DNA from: Zygnema circumcarinatum SAG 698-1b | Lineage: Eukaryota; Plantae; Zygnematophyceae | Assembly: GCA_037447605.1 (NCBI GenBank) | Contig: CM074816.1 | Location: forward strand, 2,322,525 to 2,386,524 | DNA: 64,000 nt | Direction: 5' to 3' | Part shown: piece by piece, positions 11,301-21,967 of the stretch | Numbering within the stretch: the first letter of the stretch is position 1 | How the letters are laid out: each line of letters starts with the position of its first letter | Notes under the pieces: generated by a model | What the model saw: the letters and a program-made list of their open reading frames with translations, nothing else | Databases searched by the model: none | What the model was told of the DNA's origin: nothing | Made by a program: the position numbers and the translations under genes

Positions 11301-14300
11301 AGGCTTGACGATGAGAGGCATGAGAGGTTTTGGATTCAATCATTTCTTACTCACGTAAGAGTTTTGTGTGCATGGTAGCTCAAAGTTTTCGAAAACTAGG
11401 AGTTGATTGATGAAGCATTTAGTCGAGGTTTCCTAAACATATGGGGCGCACCATGTCTTTGGAAGGCTCAGGTGACTGATTGTTCGTATTTTGACTCTTA
11501 AGTAGAACATGGTGGGTCCACAGAAACTTCGGAAGCAATCAGCTGAGCGGCCCAATCCCTGCTTCAATTGGCACACTGAGGGGCCTCAAAGAACTGTGAG
11601 TCGTTCTGCTTGAATCTGTGTCATTATCGCAATAATCTTATCCACGGCTAGAAAGGGATTCTGTGCATTTACACGAAAATGAGGAAACCTCGAATACTTG
11701 TCACCTTTCTTGTCTTGATGTCGGTGCACAAAGTTTCGCTGCAATTTGCAATGGCCAAATTTGTATCCTTATTTTTCTGTTGTGTCTTCTCCGCGGCTGA
11801 TGTGGCAGGCGCTTGTCAAATAATCTATTGACTGGAACCATTCCAACAACTTTTGGAGGGCTCTTATCCATTCGGAGCCTGTGAGTTAGCTAAACAATAA
11901 ATTCATTGATCTGAATGACAGTCGAGATAGATGAAGACTAGAAGCCCATGATGACGAGGTACAATGAAAATTTAGAATGTAGGATTGTTGCACTTGGCAT
12001 TTTCCTTTTCAGCATTAACTGGGGTCCTCTCACTGTCACAATACAATCACTAGAATTGAATACGGGCAACAAGACTTCAGGAAGTCTGTACACTATTGGG
12101 ATTTGAACAAACTGTTTATGTTAATTTTCCTGCAGGTCGTTAGCACAGAATCTTCTCATCGGCCCAATCGTGTTTGACTTCGGACTACTCGAAGACGTGT
12201 CCTTGAGCTTCGACAACAATTACTTTTCGGGTGAACTTTCGATTACTGTGAATGGCAAGACACAGAACTGCGCTGGAATTGACAACAACTGTTTTGCTGA
12301 TTTAGATGCGAACTGCACCGATCAAATACAAAGAGGTGACGATTCCTGCAACAACTTCTGCAATGCAAGACAGCCGCAGGGCGCGTGTGGTGGGAACGGG
12401 TACTGCTCTTATAATGGAAGCCAGCCGACCTGCACTTGCGATATTGGGTACAACATCGCCTCAGATACGAAGAGTTGTGTTTTTGGTGAGATCTCGACTA
12501 TGACGTCGATTTCGGTGTGGGCTATATTGAGATTCACATTCTTCTCGCTTGTAGCCCAGTAGAGGGTAAATGTTTGAGGATTTTCCAAAATGAGCATCTA
12601 AGATGTCCCTTTTGCAAAGAAGGTATGCGATGCAGCTTCATTCCACATTTCTAAGCAATCTGGGGAAGGCCGCGCGCACCCAAATGTAGGTAAATAAAAG
12701 GATAATTGATAGCTTTGCATCCATAAATCTATTCTGCTTGTGCATTTCGCGGTTGGGTTATCTTCTTATTTACTGTTGGAGGAACCCATAATACACAGCA
12801 GAAATCCTTTCTGAAATTGTTGCATTGCTCCTGTCGATCTTTAGGGGGACGAGGGTTCGGCTTAAACACGAGCCTCCCCATCACACCATATGCAAAACTG
12901 AACCGCTATTTTCGATATGCGACAACGGGATACTTGAGAAGGAGGAGCGGCAAGGCGTCGTGGCAGGTCGCCATCGCCTGGAATTGGACGGAGGAAGGAG
13001 CCGTCCAAGGCGTCAAGGATCAAGGAAGCTGCAGTGAGTGCTCAGCTCCTGCTCCCGCATTGGACAGACCTAACTCATTATGGCTGTATTGCCATTCTAC
13101 AAATATGAACCAGGAGGACATGTATCTCAAAATCATTCTACATTGCATGCACTTGGTCCTCAAAAACCTTGGCAGAACTTTTCTATAGAGATGTTTTACT
13201 TATCTTTAGTTAGGCAGAGACATCGGGTCAAACTGGTTTTCGCCGTTTGAGGCATTTTAGAGAAGGGTGCTGACTTAGGACATGGAGAACTCAAATGCAT
13301 GTCAGGATTCATGTGGCTGTTTTCTTGCAGGCTCTTGTTGGGTATTTTCTTCTATATCTGCCATTGAAAGCGCAATTTTCATCGTTAACGGTGGAAACCC
13401 TCCGCCCCCGCAGTTGGCAGAGCAGCAGCTCCTGAGCTGCTCCCCCGCCGGCAAGACCTGCGCGTCCGGGGGTTGGCCCCAGGAGGCGCTTGACTATGCC
13501 GCCAACAACGCCCTCACTTTAGCATCGAATTTCACGGGGCAAACGAGCTGTGGAAAGGTACAAAAAACGTCTGCTGAAATAAAAGCTGGCCAAGGAGATA
13601 GGAGAAAGAGTGACCTGCACAGCAGCAAGCTACCTTTGTAGCAATTTCTGCTCATCCTTCTTTGACAACCAGTCTGCGAAAAGGAAAAGAAGAGCACAAA
13701 CTGACGATGCTTGGATTCCTTGAGTTTTCTCTCTCCTTCATGGCAGGACATTGTGCACAATTAGGAAAAACGTCTTCATAAAGATTTATTTGACCTATTA
13801 TGGGTGTGTAACTTGCAGGGTGATAACAGGTTTAAAATTACATCGTTTGAGCAAGTGGCCTTCAACGGCTGGCTGGGCTTACTGCTCATTCTGCAGCAGC
13901 AACCGGCCATTGTGAATATTGAAGCGAGCAGTTCCAACTTCATCAACTACAACGGAGTAATGACAATATAAAGCTCTTCTGTCCCTGCTGGAAACTCATC
14001 GATTCTTTATTTCATTTTGATCCTCTGCATATAGGAAACGACCTTGCTTCTATTTTCCCAAGACGCTCACGTGATTGACTCTTTATTGTTGGCATCAGAG
14101 ACGTCACCTACTAACTTCTTTTCCGATATTCATCTGGCACCACTCATTTTTATAGCAAAATCCGTTGCGTTGCAGGGGGTGTTTGACGATGAAGACTGTT
14201 TTTCTAACGGAGTGGATCACAGCGTGATGGTGGTCGGATACGACTTGAGTGCGGATCCACCATTTTGGATCATCCGCAACTCGTGGGGGCGCAACTGGGG

Positions 14301-17300
14301 CGAGCAGGGCTACATGCGCCTCAAAATATCCTCCGGTTTGGGGACATGCGGGATCAACAGCCTTCCGGCACTCATGCCTGTAGTGAAGGCTGCAGGTGAG
14401 AGGGAGTTGTCGTTTTCATTCACGATCTTCAACTTTCATCACCGTGGCAGTTGACGTTGTAGCTTTCTAGCCTGGCTCCAACTAACTAGCTTGCTTTTAG
14501 CTTAGCGTGAACCACGCTAATGAGCTGATGGTACACTCAACATGCTTGCAATGCGTAAGGCTAAGACTGCCCTTGTGATTGTCCCATCAATTCTAATCAA
14601 CCATCAGATGAAATCACACAGCTAAACGGCCAGCTAGTCGAGAGGATGGCGATATTTCTCTAGCTCATTCGAATGAAAGCATGTACTCTATAAGTTTTTG
14701 GTGTTTCGCGACCATTACACCGCTCCCTTCCCAGATTCTGACAAGTAGTAATTATTGATCTTGATCGTACTCTCGTGTCTGGTGGATGCAGACAATGATC
14801 CATGCTTTATGAGAAACTATGCCAGTACAGTCCTTATGACCACAAATGGACCAGGTACAATGAACCCGTGCGGAAATGGTGTGTGTACTGTAAATGGTAC
14901 TACGAACCAATGTCTCTGCTCGGCGGGATTCGTGGCAGTGATCAACAGCGACAACTCGCAAACATGTGCACCACGTGGGTGGTCAATTCCATTAAGTAGA
15001 TGTTCATGTCCGTTCATGGTTGTTCAATGAACTAACCTTCGAATTTCTTTTTAATCAAATGGTATACCACTCCGTACATCTCTGACCAACGCGTATGCAT
15101 GTAACTAACAAGACCAATAACGTATAGTGTAAAAGCTTTTTCACCTCTGATTTCCATCCTATTTCCAATGCAAGCTCTAATCAAACGATCAGGAAAGCGC
15201 TTAATTGTTGCTACATGCGATTTGAAGTACTAGTAAACAACCGTATGAGTGTCTCCTGTGGAGCAGTCTCCCCCTGCACCTTCGCTGCAAGCAACCCCTG
15301 CGGCGTGGGGACGTGTCTCAATGCGGTGGCGACACCTGGCGCGTACGCCTGCGCCTGCCCGCTGGGATATGCCGCCGACTCGCCGGATGGCATCCTCACA
15401 TGCGTGCCAGGTCAGATCTGCGTTCTTTCTAAAACTGATAAAAATTCTTAAGCAAGGTCATTATTTCAATTTCAGATAAAGGGAGCGTTACAGCGATGTG
15501 ATCGAACGAAAATTCCTTCTTGACTTGAAGAACATGGAAATGACCCGAATTATGACGACACTACTACCTAAACAATCACACGAATGTACTATCACTTTTT
15601 GCCTCTCCTTTTTTCTAGGAAAGGAACTAATCGTTTCTGAGGCCATTCTAAACTGAAAGCTCTGATTGGTTTTGGTGTCGCCTTCAGCCGCAATAGCTAC
15701 AGGATTGCAGTCCTTTACTGTACCAGCCGGCGCCAACATGAGTTGCTACGACATATTTATCTTGTATGGCATCAAGAACGACGTTTTCTCATCCCAAAAT
15801 AAGGTCAGTGAGAGAGCGCACATCCTCTCACAACAACTTATCGTCTCACTTTCCTTGGATCTACATCTAGTAAAAGCCACGGGTCGGTGTTTCTAGCCTC
15901 TTTCTTCGTCTAATACGCTCGTATTGTGCTCATATTTGGTTCGATATTTCACAATCTCTTGTGCGTTTTTCAGATGCTGAACTGCCAATTGCCCTTGCCG
16001 GGAGGTACGGTGGTGAATGTCACCAATTACGGAAACTGCTCTGTGGTGTACGCTGTCAATGAGGTCAGCCTCCGTACTGTCTCCCGCACTTTTTCTCGTT
16101 AAGATCTCTTCTTGATTTTTTCCCTCCAACTTCAATGTTTCACTCATGATCGAAGGTGCAGCTGACAGTTACCTTCTCAAATTTTGCTTCCTTCAGGGTG
16201 ACACGTGTGAGGCAATTGCAGCATATTTCAACGTTACATCGATATATGGTCCAGGATCTCCCAATCCGGACTTAAGCTGCTCGCAGCTTCGACCTTTCCA
16301 GCAGGTACAGCCTCTGAACGTGGAAGGAGTTCAGCTCAATGTTTAACATGTTCAGTTCAGTGAATTCTACTTATAAGATAAGAGCCCTCATTTGCACAAA
16401 AGCGTGGAACATAGCTTAGCTTGTGTGCTCAAATAACTTCAAAATTTAACGTTATTTGCTTAATAGCACTGCTTCTTTGCACGCTGCATACCCAATGGCC
16501 AAAGATCCGTAATCTCGCATGCTACAATCCAAAAGTCACAAAAAAAGAACAGATTTATTTAAAGAATCTGATAAAATTCTGGGAGCAACGCGAAGTATAC
16601 GTACCTACTAAATCTTTTCGTCTTTAATCGTTCGTAGTCCGAGGAGCAGTGTTACATCATGAAACGACGTTAATACTTGCAAAGTATGAATGTCGAATAC
16701 TCTTGCAGGTCTGCATTCAGAGGGGAGCCCTTGTCTATCCGGGGCCATGCACGAAGACGTACGATGTGCAGCCCGAGGAGTCGTGCTTCTCCATCATAAA
16801 GAACAAACTCGATGGAGACATCAAAAAGTTCTACACGCTCAATCCTGGGGTGTACTGCGGCAAGCTGCTGCTCTCCACGAGCGGCAGCGCTTCAATTGGG
16901 CAGCATGTAAGAAATGGACAAAGAAAGCGCAGAAAATTATCGCAAGGTCATGCACGTGTCAAACTCGTTACAAATATAGTTTGAATTTCTTTTTGAGTTG
17001 GTTTTAAATCATTTGTTCGACTTGGTCGGAGTGAATGAAGATGTGGTTAGCTTATGTGGTTGAATTGGGTAAGTGGCGGTCTCGCCAATTGACGAAGTAA
17101 CTCATTTTTTTTTGTTCTAACGTCAGAACTATGTCCGGCCTGCATCCTGCAGGTGTGTCTGAAAGCTGCGAATCTTGGCGCCAGTGCGGACTGCAGTGGC
17201 AACACGTACACATTGAAGGCAGGAGATAAATGCGCCAATCGTAAAACGTGCTTCAACAAGAAGGAGAGTTTTAAAAAACTCAATGGCTTCCCATGCACAA

Positions 17301-17359
17301 AGACAGCCTTGAAAAAAATGAAGGCTATTTGTGTTCCTAAGATTAGCGCATGCACTTAA
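4557..17359 (+). CDS. Secreted multidomain cysteine protease, copy 1: SP - PAN - 3x F-type lectin - PAN - Pro-rich - LRRNT/LRRs - EGF - C1A - 2x EGF - 4x LysM (about 1628 aa)
   Basis: GT-AG exons: 4557-4620, 5731-5997, 6318-6767, 7019-7474, 7796-8245, 8467-8721, 9027-9227, 9572-9701, 10164-10247, 10456-10527, 10735-10806, 11010-11081, 11524-11595, 11809-11880, 12136-12485, 12845-13033, 13331-13557, 13819-13956, 14176-14395, 14792-14974, 15267-15410, 15688-15803, 15974-16063, 16197-16304, 16709-16906, 17153-17359. All phases are compatible and the total is 4887 nt. N-terminus MAKWGGFAALFMLAVTCGRAQ is signal-peptide-like. Confidence 0.8.
5130..5381 (+). pseudogene. PAN/Apple pseudo-exon with both splice sites mutated
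   Basis: Aligns to PAN exon 8467-8721 (KCVGLADAFDYVPN vs TCVGGPAETYEYVPN). The expected acceptor reads AA and the expected donor reads ATGAGT; QCWLK has become QNWLK. Confidence 0.6.
5731..5997 (+). CDS. PAN/Apple domain exon (gene copy 1)
   Basis: EGFDLSGELVSSVAYCKTACDRECRCLAF...FICATK Cys pattern; phase 1-1 exon. Confidence 0.65.
6318..8245 (+). CDS. Three F-type lectin (fucolectin/FTP) domain exons
   Basis: NLALNRPAFQSS...CTHT...WWKVDL...RTDCCQDR...LCEVKVF. Repeats 1 and 3 have the H-x26-R-x-D-x4-R motif; repeat 2 has R in place of H. Confidence 0.9.
8467..8721 (+). CDS. PAN/Apple domain exon (gene copy 1)
   Basis: YEYVPNKVANLNDIG...DCKQLCTSFCQCVGFS...QCWLK. Confidence 0.7.
9027..9227 (+). 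CDS. Extensin-like Pro/Ser/Arg-rich stalk exon (67 codons)
   Basis: FPPPRPPSSPPPPPPSPPPPRKQPPP...PPPLSPE; phase 1-1. Confidence 0.7.
9572..12485 (+). CDS. LRRNT cap, plant-specific LRR array and EGF-like domain
   Basis: ALLEFKRAI...NWKLQSSVCDWEGVGC cap; five 72-nt exons such as DLSNNKLSGVIPDTLGQLQNLKKL; ACGGNGYC...CTCDIGY EGF. Confidence 0.9.
12845..14395 (+). CDS. Papain-family (C1A) protease domain, 4 exons
   Basis: VKDQGSCSSCW (catalytic Cys), EQQLLSC, GGWP, VDHSVMVVGY (His), WIIRNSWG (Asn), GYMRL. Confidence 0.95.
14792..15410 (+). CDS. Two EGF-like domain exons
   Basis: NPCGNGVC...CLCSAGF...TC and NPCGVGTC...YACACPLGY...TC. Confidence 0.8.
15688..17359 (+). CDS. Four Cys-containing LysM-type domains
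   Basis: YAVNEGDTCEAIAAYFNV...NPDLSCSQL; YDVQPEESCFSI...FYTLNPGVYC; YTLKAGDKC...FKKLNGFPC; FTVPAGANMSCYDI. The last two listed are more divergent. Confidence 0.75.
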
Positions 17360-17755
17360 ACACGATGCTGCATTAGGAACTCTCGTGTTTGGGTAGCACC
17401 TACGGAAAGATAACAAGAGGGTGCTTTATGACTGCTGGGGTATCAAACTCCTCATTTTTATGAAGGCATCGTGCTCGGCCGGTTCATGACTTTTTGGTTG
17501 AAGACGACTGAACTGCTTATTGCATTCGTAACGTGCACTCGCTGCCCGGGGATGCACCTCTCTGCCTTCTCCTGCCTCTGCGCCTCTTTTTGATCAACGA
17601 GAGGGTGTTTTGTGACTTCTGGGTAAACTTGGGGTTCTCAACCCGGCGTTCAAAAGTGCTCGTGTTCATGGAGGCATCTTGCTCGGCCAGTCCCGTGCCT
17701 TCTTGGTTGAAGGCGATTGAACTACGCCTTCTATTTGTAGTGTACAATAGGGGTA

Positions 17756-18448
17756 CAGTCTAATCACGTTATAGTGACTGTGTCGGTCCCCACATGTTTG
17801 TGTCACTATATCGGTAATGACCCGTTTGTCATTTCACATTTATAGTAACAATGATGTTTGATTGAACTCACGATGGCAAGGCCATCAAATGTACATGGAG
17901 AAAATCGACATAAAGAACCAAAAGAGGCGGTCACAACGGACATAAGGACAGAAAGAAAGCCTTGAAACGGAAATCAACTTCTAGGCGCAACAACACGGCA
18001 CTAGAAGCAGCCGCGAAGGTCGCCAATGTGGGGCGCAGTACGCGCCCCACATAGTAACAATGTTATTAGATATGTTTTTGCGGTATATCCGTACGCCTTT
18101 GATACCGTACATTGTACTTTTTGGGCAGTCGTCACGTGGGTAGGTGTGTACGAACCCTAGTGAACATGTGTACGGACAAGTTGATATGTACGGTCAAGTC
18201 GATATCTGACGGTATTAGTCGATAATGTGTACGGTCGTAATATATTTGTAACGCATATTCCAATACGTGGGTGGATAATATCGACACTGTGAACATATAG
18301 TATCAATTAGGGCTTTTCAGCGTCGTTATATCCGTAATGGCGTCACTACTGGCGCAGGATCTGCAGTGGTGCAATTCCGTTCCCGGAAAAAAAGTCAGTA
18401 TATCCATGCTGTTCTCATAAACAGTGTCACTATAACGTGATTAGACTG
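17756..18448. mobile_element. Tc1/mariner-like non-autonomous element, 693 bp, inside LTR D
   Basis: TIR CAGTCTAATCACGTTATAGTGAC; TA TSD at both ends. Confidence 0.85.
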
Positions 18449-21400
18449 TATTGGCTATCGTAGTACACTTTACGGTCCTTAGCTTTTGTTGGCGGTCCTT
18501 GGCAGATTCGGTCACAGTCTGAACAGAGCGCTAGAGTGCTGTTCTTAGTGAGAAGACGACAGGTTTAAATAGGACACGTGGAGGGGGGCGATAGGCCGCG
18601 CCACCAGTGGAGTCCACTTAGTACGATAAGTGATGTGTAGACACGTAGCGTGCGACGATTGGTCGCGCGTCTGCGAGCTAGCTTAGTACGGATTATTGGA
18701 GGCGCGAAGGGGCGCGGAAGGTTCGGAGCGACGGAGGAGGTTTTTGTCCTGGCGACATGGAGGTGGCACGCGGTGGCACGCGGTGGAACGTGGAGTTGCT
18801 TCAATGGCTAGTACATAGTGTTGTAAATTAAGGCCCGGTCCGTCTCACTCACTTCACTCACTGCCATGTTTGCAATCTGAATCAAGGAAAGCTCTCAAGT
18901 GCACACACTGAAAGATAACTGAAATCAAACGAGCAAAAAACACCGTAAGGAAATGTAAGGAGAAAGCACCCGGCCTCAAAACTCCTTAATAAAGTAAAGG
19001 AAGTTACAAGCACAAGTTTCAGCCCTCAGGCTTCTACTTCAGCTCTGACTAACTCCCGACNNNNNNNNNNAAACTTAATGAAGCCATTATCTCTCAAGAG
19101 GTTGTCAATTTTGCCATACCAGATGCGTGGAGCCTGTTTCAGCCCATACAGGCTTTTCACAAGCCTGCATACCAAGTGTTCTTCTCCCTTCTTCACTGTC
19201 CCTTCCGGCTGGTCCATGAAGATTTCTTCCTCCAACTCTCCATATAAAAATGCTGTCTTTATGTCCAGCTGGTGAACATGCATCCTTTCAGCTGCTGCAA
19301 TGGATATCAAAGATCTGAGGGAGCTAAACTTGACTACCGGAGCAAACGTTTCTGTGTAGTCAAGCCCATATTTCTGGCTAAACCCTTTTGCGACCAGCCT
19401 AGCCTTGTATCTATCGACGCTCCCATCTGACTTCCTTTTCACTTTGAAAACCCATTTGCACCCTATAGCCTTCCTCCCCTTTGGCAACTCTACCAGCCGC
19501 CAAGTCTTGTTCTCTTTCAAGCTACCCAACTCACTCTCAATGGCTACTCCCCATTTCTCAGCATCTGCCCCCTCTACAGCTTCAGAGAGGGTTTGGGGTT
19601 CACCGATGGTCGCCATCAAGACTTCAGCGACGCTGGCAAATTCAGCAGAGTCGGTCGGCATCCTCCATTCGCTTGCTCCATTTACCTCCCACTCGGAAGG
19701 GGGGTAGCGCCTGTTCGGTCTCCGGAGGCGAGCTCCTTCCTGCTGTACGGCCACCCTGGTTAGCGGCACTCTTGTCGTTACTGGTACAGCAGATAACAAG
19801 GGAGAAGGTACGGTAGGTCGTTTGACCGAAGGTCGGTCGAGTGACTCGAAAATGTCACTCAACGACCTCTCTCGTTGCGCCACGTCGTCGTGAACAGCTG
19901 TAAGTGTCGGTGAGTCAATCTCCGTTGATTCCGAATGATTTGAAGGTGCCGCGCCGCCAGGCGCATCGTCACCGTCCGATTCAGAATGCGTTGGTGACGA
20001 GGTCTCCGCTAGCGCATCTCCGCCGTTCGGTTCGTTGTCTCGCACCACTGAATCGCCACCGTCTGATTCGTAGGAGATTTCAAATTTGTCGTTTTGCGAG
20101 AGTTTGACCTCCAAGTCCATTCGGATTTCAACCGGAGGATTTTCTTGGAATCTAACATCTCGACTCCTCTCTACCTGTTTGGTTAAGGGATTCCACACCC
20201 GATACGTGGGACTATCCTCATTATAGCCAATCAGGTACCCGAGAGTGGATCTACTCTCGAACTTGGAATTTCTCCTGGGCTTCAGTACGGTCATGAAGCA
20301 CCGTGCTCCCCATACTCTGAAGTAAGCCACTGAAGGCTTCTTTCCGCTCCACACCTCCTCTGGCACCCTGTCCTGGAGTGCTCTCGTCGGGCACCTATTT
20401 CTGATGTGAGCTGCTGCCATTACTGCCTCACCCCAGAAGGTTAAGGGAAGTGGGGACTCACTCATCATGGTCCTCACCATGTCCCCAAGCGTGCGGTTCA
20501 CTCTCTCCGCAGCTCCATTACTTTGAGGTGAGTAAGGGGCTGAAAACTGATGCTTCATGCCAAAAGCCTCGAAGTGATCTTTGAAATTCTTGGAGATGTA
20601 CTCCCCTCCATTGTCTGAACGAAGGGACTTAACCTTCAGTCCGGTTTCTCTCTCCACTTCCACCTGCCACCTTTTAAAGACATCAAAGGTTTCAGCTTTA
20701 CTATCAATCACCCTTACCCAGATCTTCCTAGAGCAGTCGTCTAGAAAAGTGATGAAGTATTTCGCCCCTCCTCGGCTGGTGGGAGTGATGGGTCCACATA
20801 AGTCCGTGTGGACCAACTCGAGCCGTTCCTTGGCTCGGCTGTCCTCTGAATTCCGGTGGCTGAACGGCAGTCGGTGGGCTTTGCCAGCGAGGCAGTCCTC
20901 ACAAAAGCCAGCCTCTGATTCCTTCATCTGCACGTCAATTCCTCTCACAAGGCGTTTGTCCACCAGTTTCTTCAGACTTTGGTAGCCGAGATGGCCCATT
21001 CGGCGATGCCACAACTTGGCCGCCGGATTTTCAGAGAGAGCATTGACTTGGTGTGAGAGGACCCCTCCTCCCTTTAAGAGGTAAAGGCCGTTCTTTTCTG
21101 TGCCTCTCAAAACAACCTTCCCGGTTAGTTTTTCCACCACCTTGCACTCCTCTCCATCAAACCAAGAAACATATCCTCTTTTGCCAAGCTGGCTCACGGA
21201 AATGAAGTTGCTTTGAAGACCAGGGGTAAGTAGAACGTTGCCCATGGTAACGGTTCTTCCCTTCTCTCCTCCATGGGTGATTAATCTCACGGATCCTCCT
21301 TGAGTAACTTTCACTCCTTCTCCGGTTGCTGCGTAAACGGATCTTGCCGCTTCCAACGTTCGCAACTCTGCAAAAGAAGACTTTTGGGAACACATGTGTT

Positions 21401-21967
21401 TAGAAGCTCCAGAATCAATTATCCAAGGCAGTTCGGGTTTCCCGGACCTGCATGGACCTTCTCGAATCCCACCCACGAACTCCTTGTTATGCGCTTCTGA
21501 GCTCATCATCAAGTTTGTCTCGCTTGCTCCATCTTGACAAGCCACAGACTTGTGGCCCTTCTTGCCGCACTTAAAACACGTTCCACCGAAAGTAGGCTTC
21601 TTCTTCTTGCTCGGATCTCCACCTGAAGACTCCCCTTTCTTCTCGGGTCGTCCCTTGGTCTGGTAGCAGTCCGTTGACAGATGTCCACGCTTGCCACACG
21701 TGTAGCATGTAGGGGGAGGACGATCTCCTCCATCTTTCTTCCCTTTGCTCTTGCCGAATTTCGCAGCCTGGAATGAGAGGACACTATCTGCAGTTCCTTT
21801 CCCACCCTCTAGCAACATTTCTGCCTCTCTGATTCTCCCTTTGATTTGCACCATAGACATGGGCAAGCTAGCAAGGTGAGTTCTTAATGACTCTACAACT
21901 CTTTCATATTTGCTTGGAAGTCCTATTAAGAAGTGATGAATCTCGCTAGGCAAGGTTATAGGCTGCT

